From: a virus
IMG/VR virus record: IMGVR_UViG_3300022872_000001
Coordinates: 96,001 to 160,000 of that record
Length of the DNA stretch: 64,000 bases
Direction: 5' to 3' (one strand)
This document shows positions 63,053 through 64,000 of the stretch, piece after piece. The position numbers and the translations under genes are program-made. Every line of letters begins with the position of its first letter. Positions within the stretch are counted from its first letter, which is position 1. The notes beneath the pieces are model-generated. The model did not search any database, had not been told where the DNA came from, and saw only the letters and a program-made list of their open reading frames with translations.

Positions 63053-64000
63053 TTAATTAGTTAATATATTCTGAATAAAATTGTTCACACAGCCTCTAAT
63101 GCTACTGGGTTTTTCCAGATACCAATTAGAAGCTAGGAAGAGAAACGCATCTTGTTTCTTCCTTTTGATGTGAATAATCCAACGTACTTTGTTACCACTG
63201 TCGCAGGCAATTTGGGCCTTCCTTCTATTGGTTTTTAGATCGCCTTCACCACGCCCTCCTATGTCAGTTTTACCCCGTCCCATAAATGTCCAAGGGCTTT
63301 TGCATTCAATAAACGTATCTAAGGAATGTATATAGAAATCCGGAAATGTACGCATTTCGGAAAATGCGTAGTCTGGGAAATCTTCACTAAATTCCGTAGA
63401 TATATCTTTAGCCCCATATTTTGCTACCAGCCTTTTCAAGACTTCCATAGCAGACAAACCTTGAACTTTATACTTACGACCTTCTAGTGTAATCTCGTAT
63501 ATGTGCCGAGATTTACTCATTGCCTTGAGGAAGAATTTCGGAATCTGCATGGCGTAAGCTTCTCCATACACACGTTTCAAGGTCTCTTGGCCTTTAGCGC
63601 GTATGCTTGAATTACTTAGTAAATAATCAGTACCGTATTTCTTTCTATTTGTAGAGCGCACTTTAGACAAAATCTTTTCTTGCCAGTTATCTCCATATTT
63701 CCGTTGCAAGGTTACCCGTCGCTTTTCTATCGATGCAGGACGTTGCATACCATTAGTAATTCCTTCGCTAGCCATTAATTTGGCAGCACGTTTACCGCAG
63801 ATGTCCCGCTTAGGATCTTTCCACGCGATCTTATTTTTCTCGCTAATATGCGCTCTTTTGAGATCTGATACTTTCTTTGCATGGCTTATACCGCAATTAG
63901 AGCAGGTGCAAACTTTAGAATAAGCAAATTGCTCTTTACATATAACGCAAAATCTACTTTCGATGGCGGCTGAAACGTGGCGACTAAACCCACCAAGCAT
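63053..64000 (-). CDS. free-standing PD-(D/E)XK homing-endonuclease-like protein (probably 5'-truncated by the window)
   Basis: CxxC fingers, KKYG/RVYG repeats, FPDFYI...FIECKS. Its stop abuts the tail-tube RBS. Confidence 0.75.
   Translation of the reverse strand: MLGGFSRHVSAAIESRFCVICKEQFAYSKVCTCSNCGISHAKKVSDLKRAHISEKNKIAWKDPKRDICGKRAAKLMASEGITNGMQRPASIEKRRVTLQRKYGDNWQEKILSKVRSTNRKKYGTDYLLSNSSIRAKGQETLKRVYGEAYAMQIPKFFLKAMSKSRHIYEITLEGRKYKVQGLSAMEVLKRLVAKYGAKDISTEFSEDFPDYAFSEMRTFPDFYIHSLDTFIECKSPWTFMGRGKTDIGGRGEGDLKTNRRKAQIACDSGNKVRWIIHIKRKKQDAFLFLASNWYLEKPSSIRGCVNNFIQNILTN

Noticed and set aside
1-64000. tRNA or rRNA genes
   Set aside because: No cloverleaf-like or rRNA-like stretch was seen, and intergenic gaps are short. 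A tRNAscan/Aragorn run would settle it.

Overview
This is a 64-kb slice of a large contractile-tailed (myovirus, jumbo-type) phage genome. The host is most likely Gram-negative (LydA-type holin, GH19 endolysin). The bacterial-type replisome (DnaX-like loader, DnaN-like clamp, DnaB) combined with T4-like baseplate genes resembles the 'hairy' Y3/RSL1/PaBG-type jumbo phages; this placement is inference, not a database result. Layout: (1) 1-18.3 kb, + strand: baseplate and tail operon (gp54/26/51/29/SLT/48/53/27/5/PAAR/25/6/7-like, fibre, chaperone), ending in an Acb1/57B-like 2H phosphoesterase. (2) 18.3-40 kb, mostly - strand: a large fibre/adhesin locus with five mosaic LamG paralogues, gp36/gp37-like plug-and-socket fibre proteins, a foldon protein, an S74 fibre, a gp38-like adhesin, and an embedded lysis cassette with two unexplained membrane-anchored paralogues. 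(3) 40-59 kb, + strand: replication and recombination genes, including a clamp loader fractured by a split intein with an antisense endonuclease between the halves. (4) 59-64 kb, - strand: small genes sharing an MKIEAAxRI leader, and a tail-tube gene interrupted by an ORF-less group I intron and flanked by free-standing endonucleases, one of them frameshifted. A recurring AGTAAATA(N2-3 GGATACA) promoter-like motif lies 21-37 nt upstream of seven genes. I saw no tRNA, rRNA or CRISPR array. All family assignments come from recognising motifs by eye and need HMM or structure confirmation.
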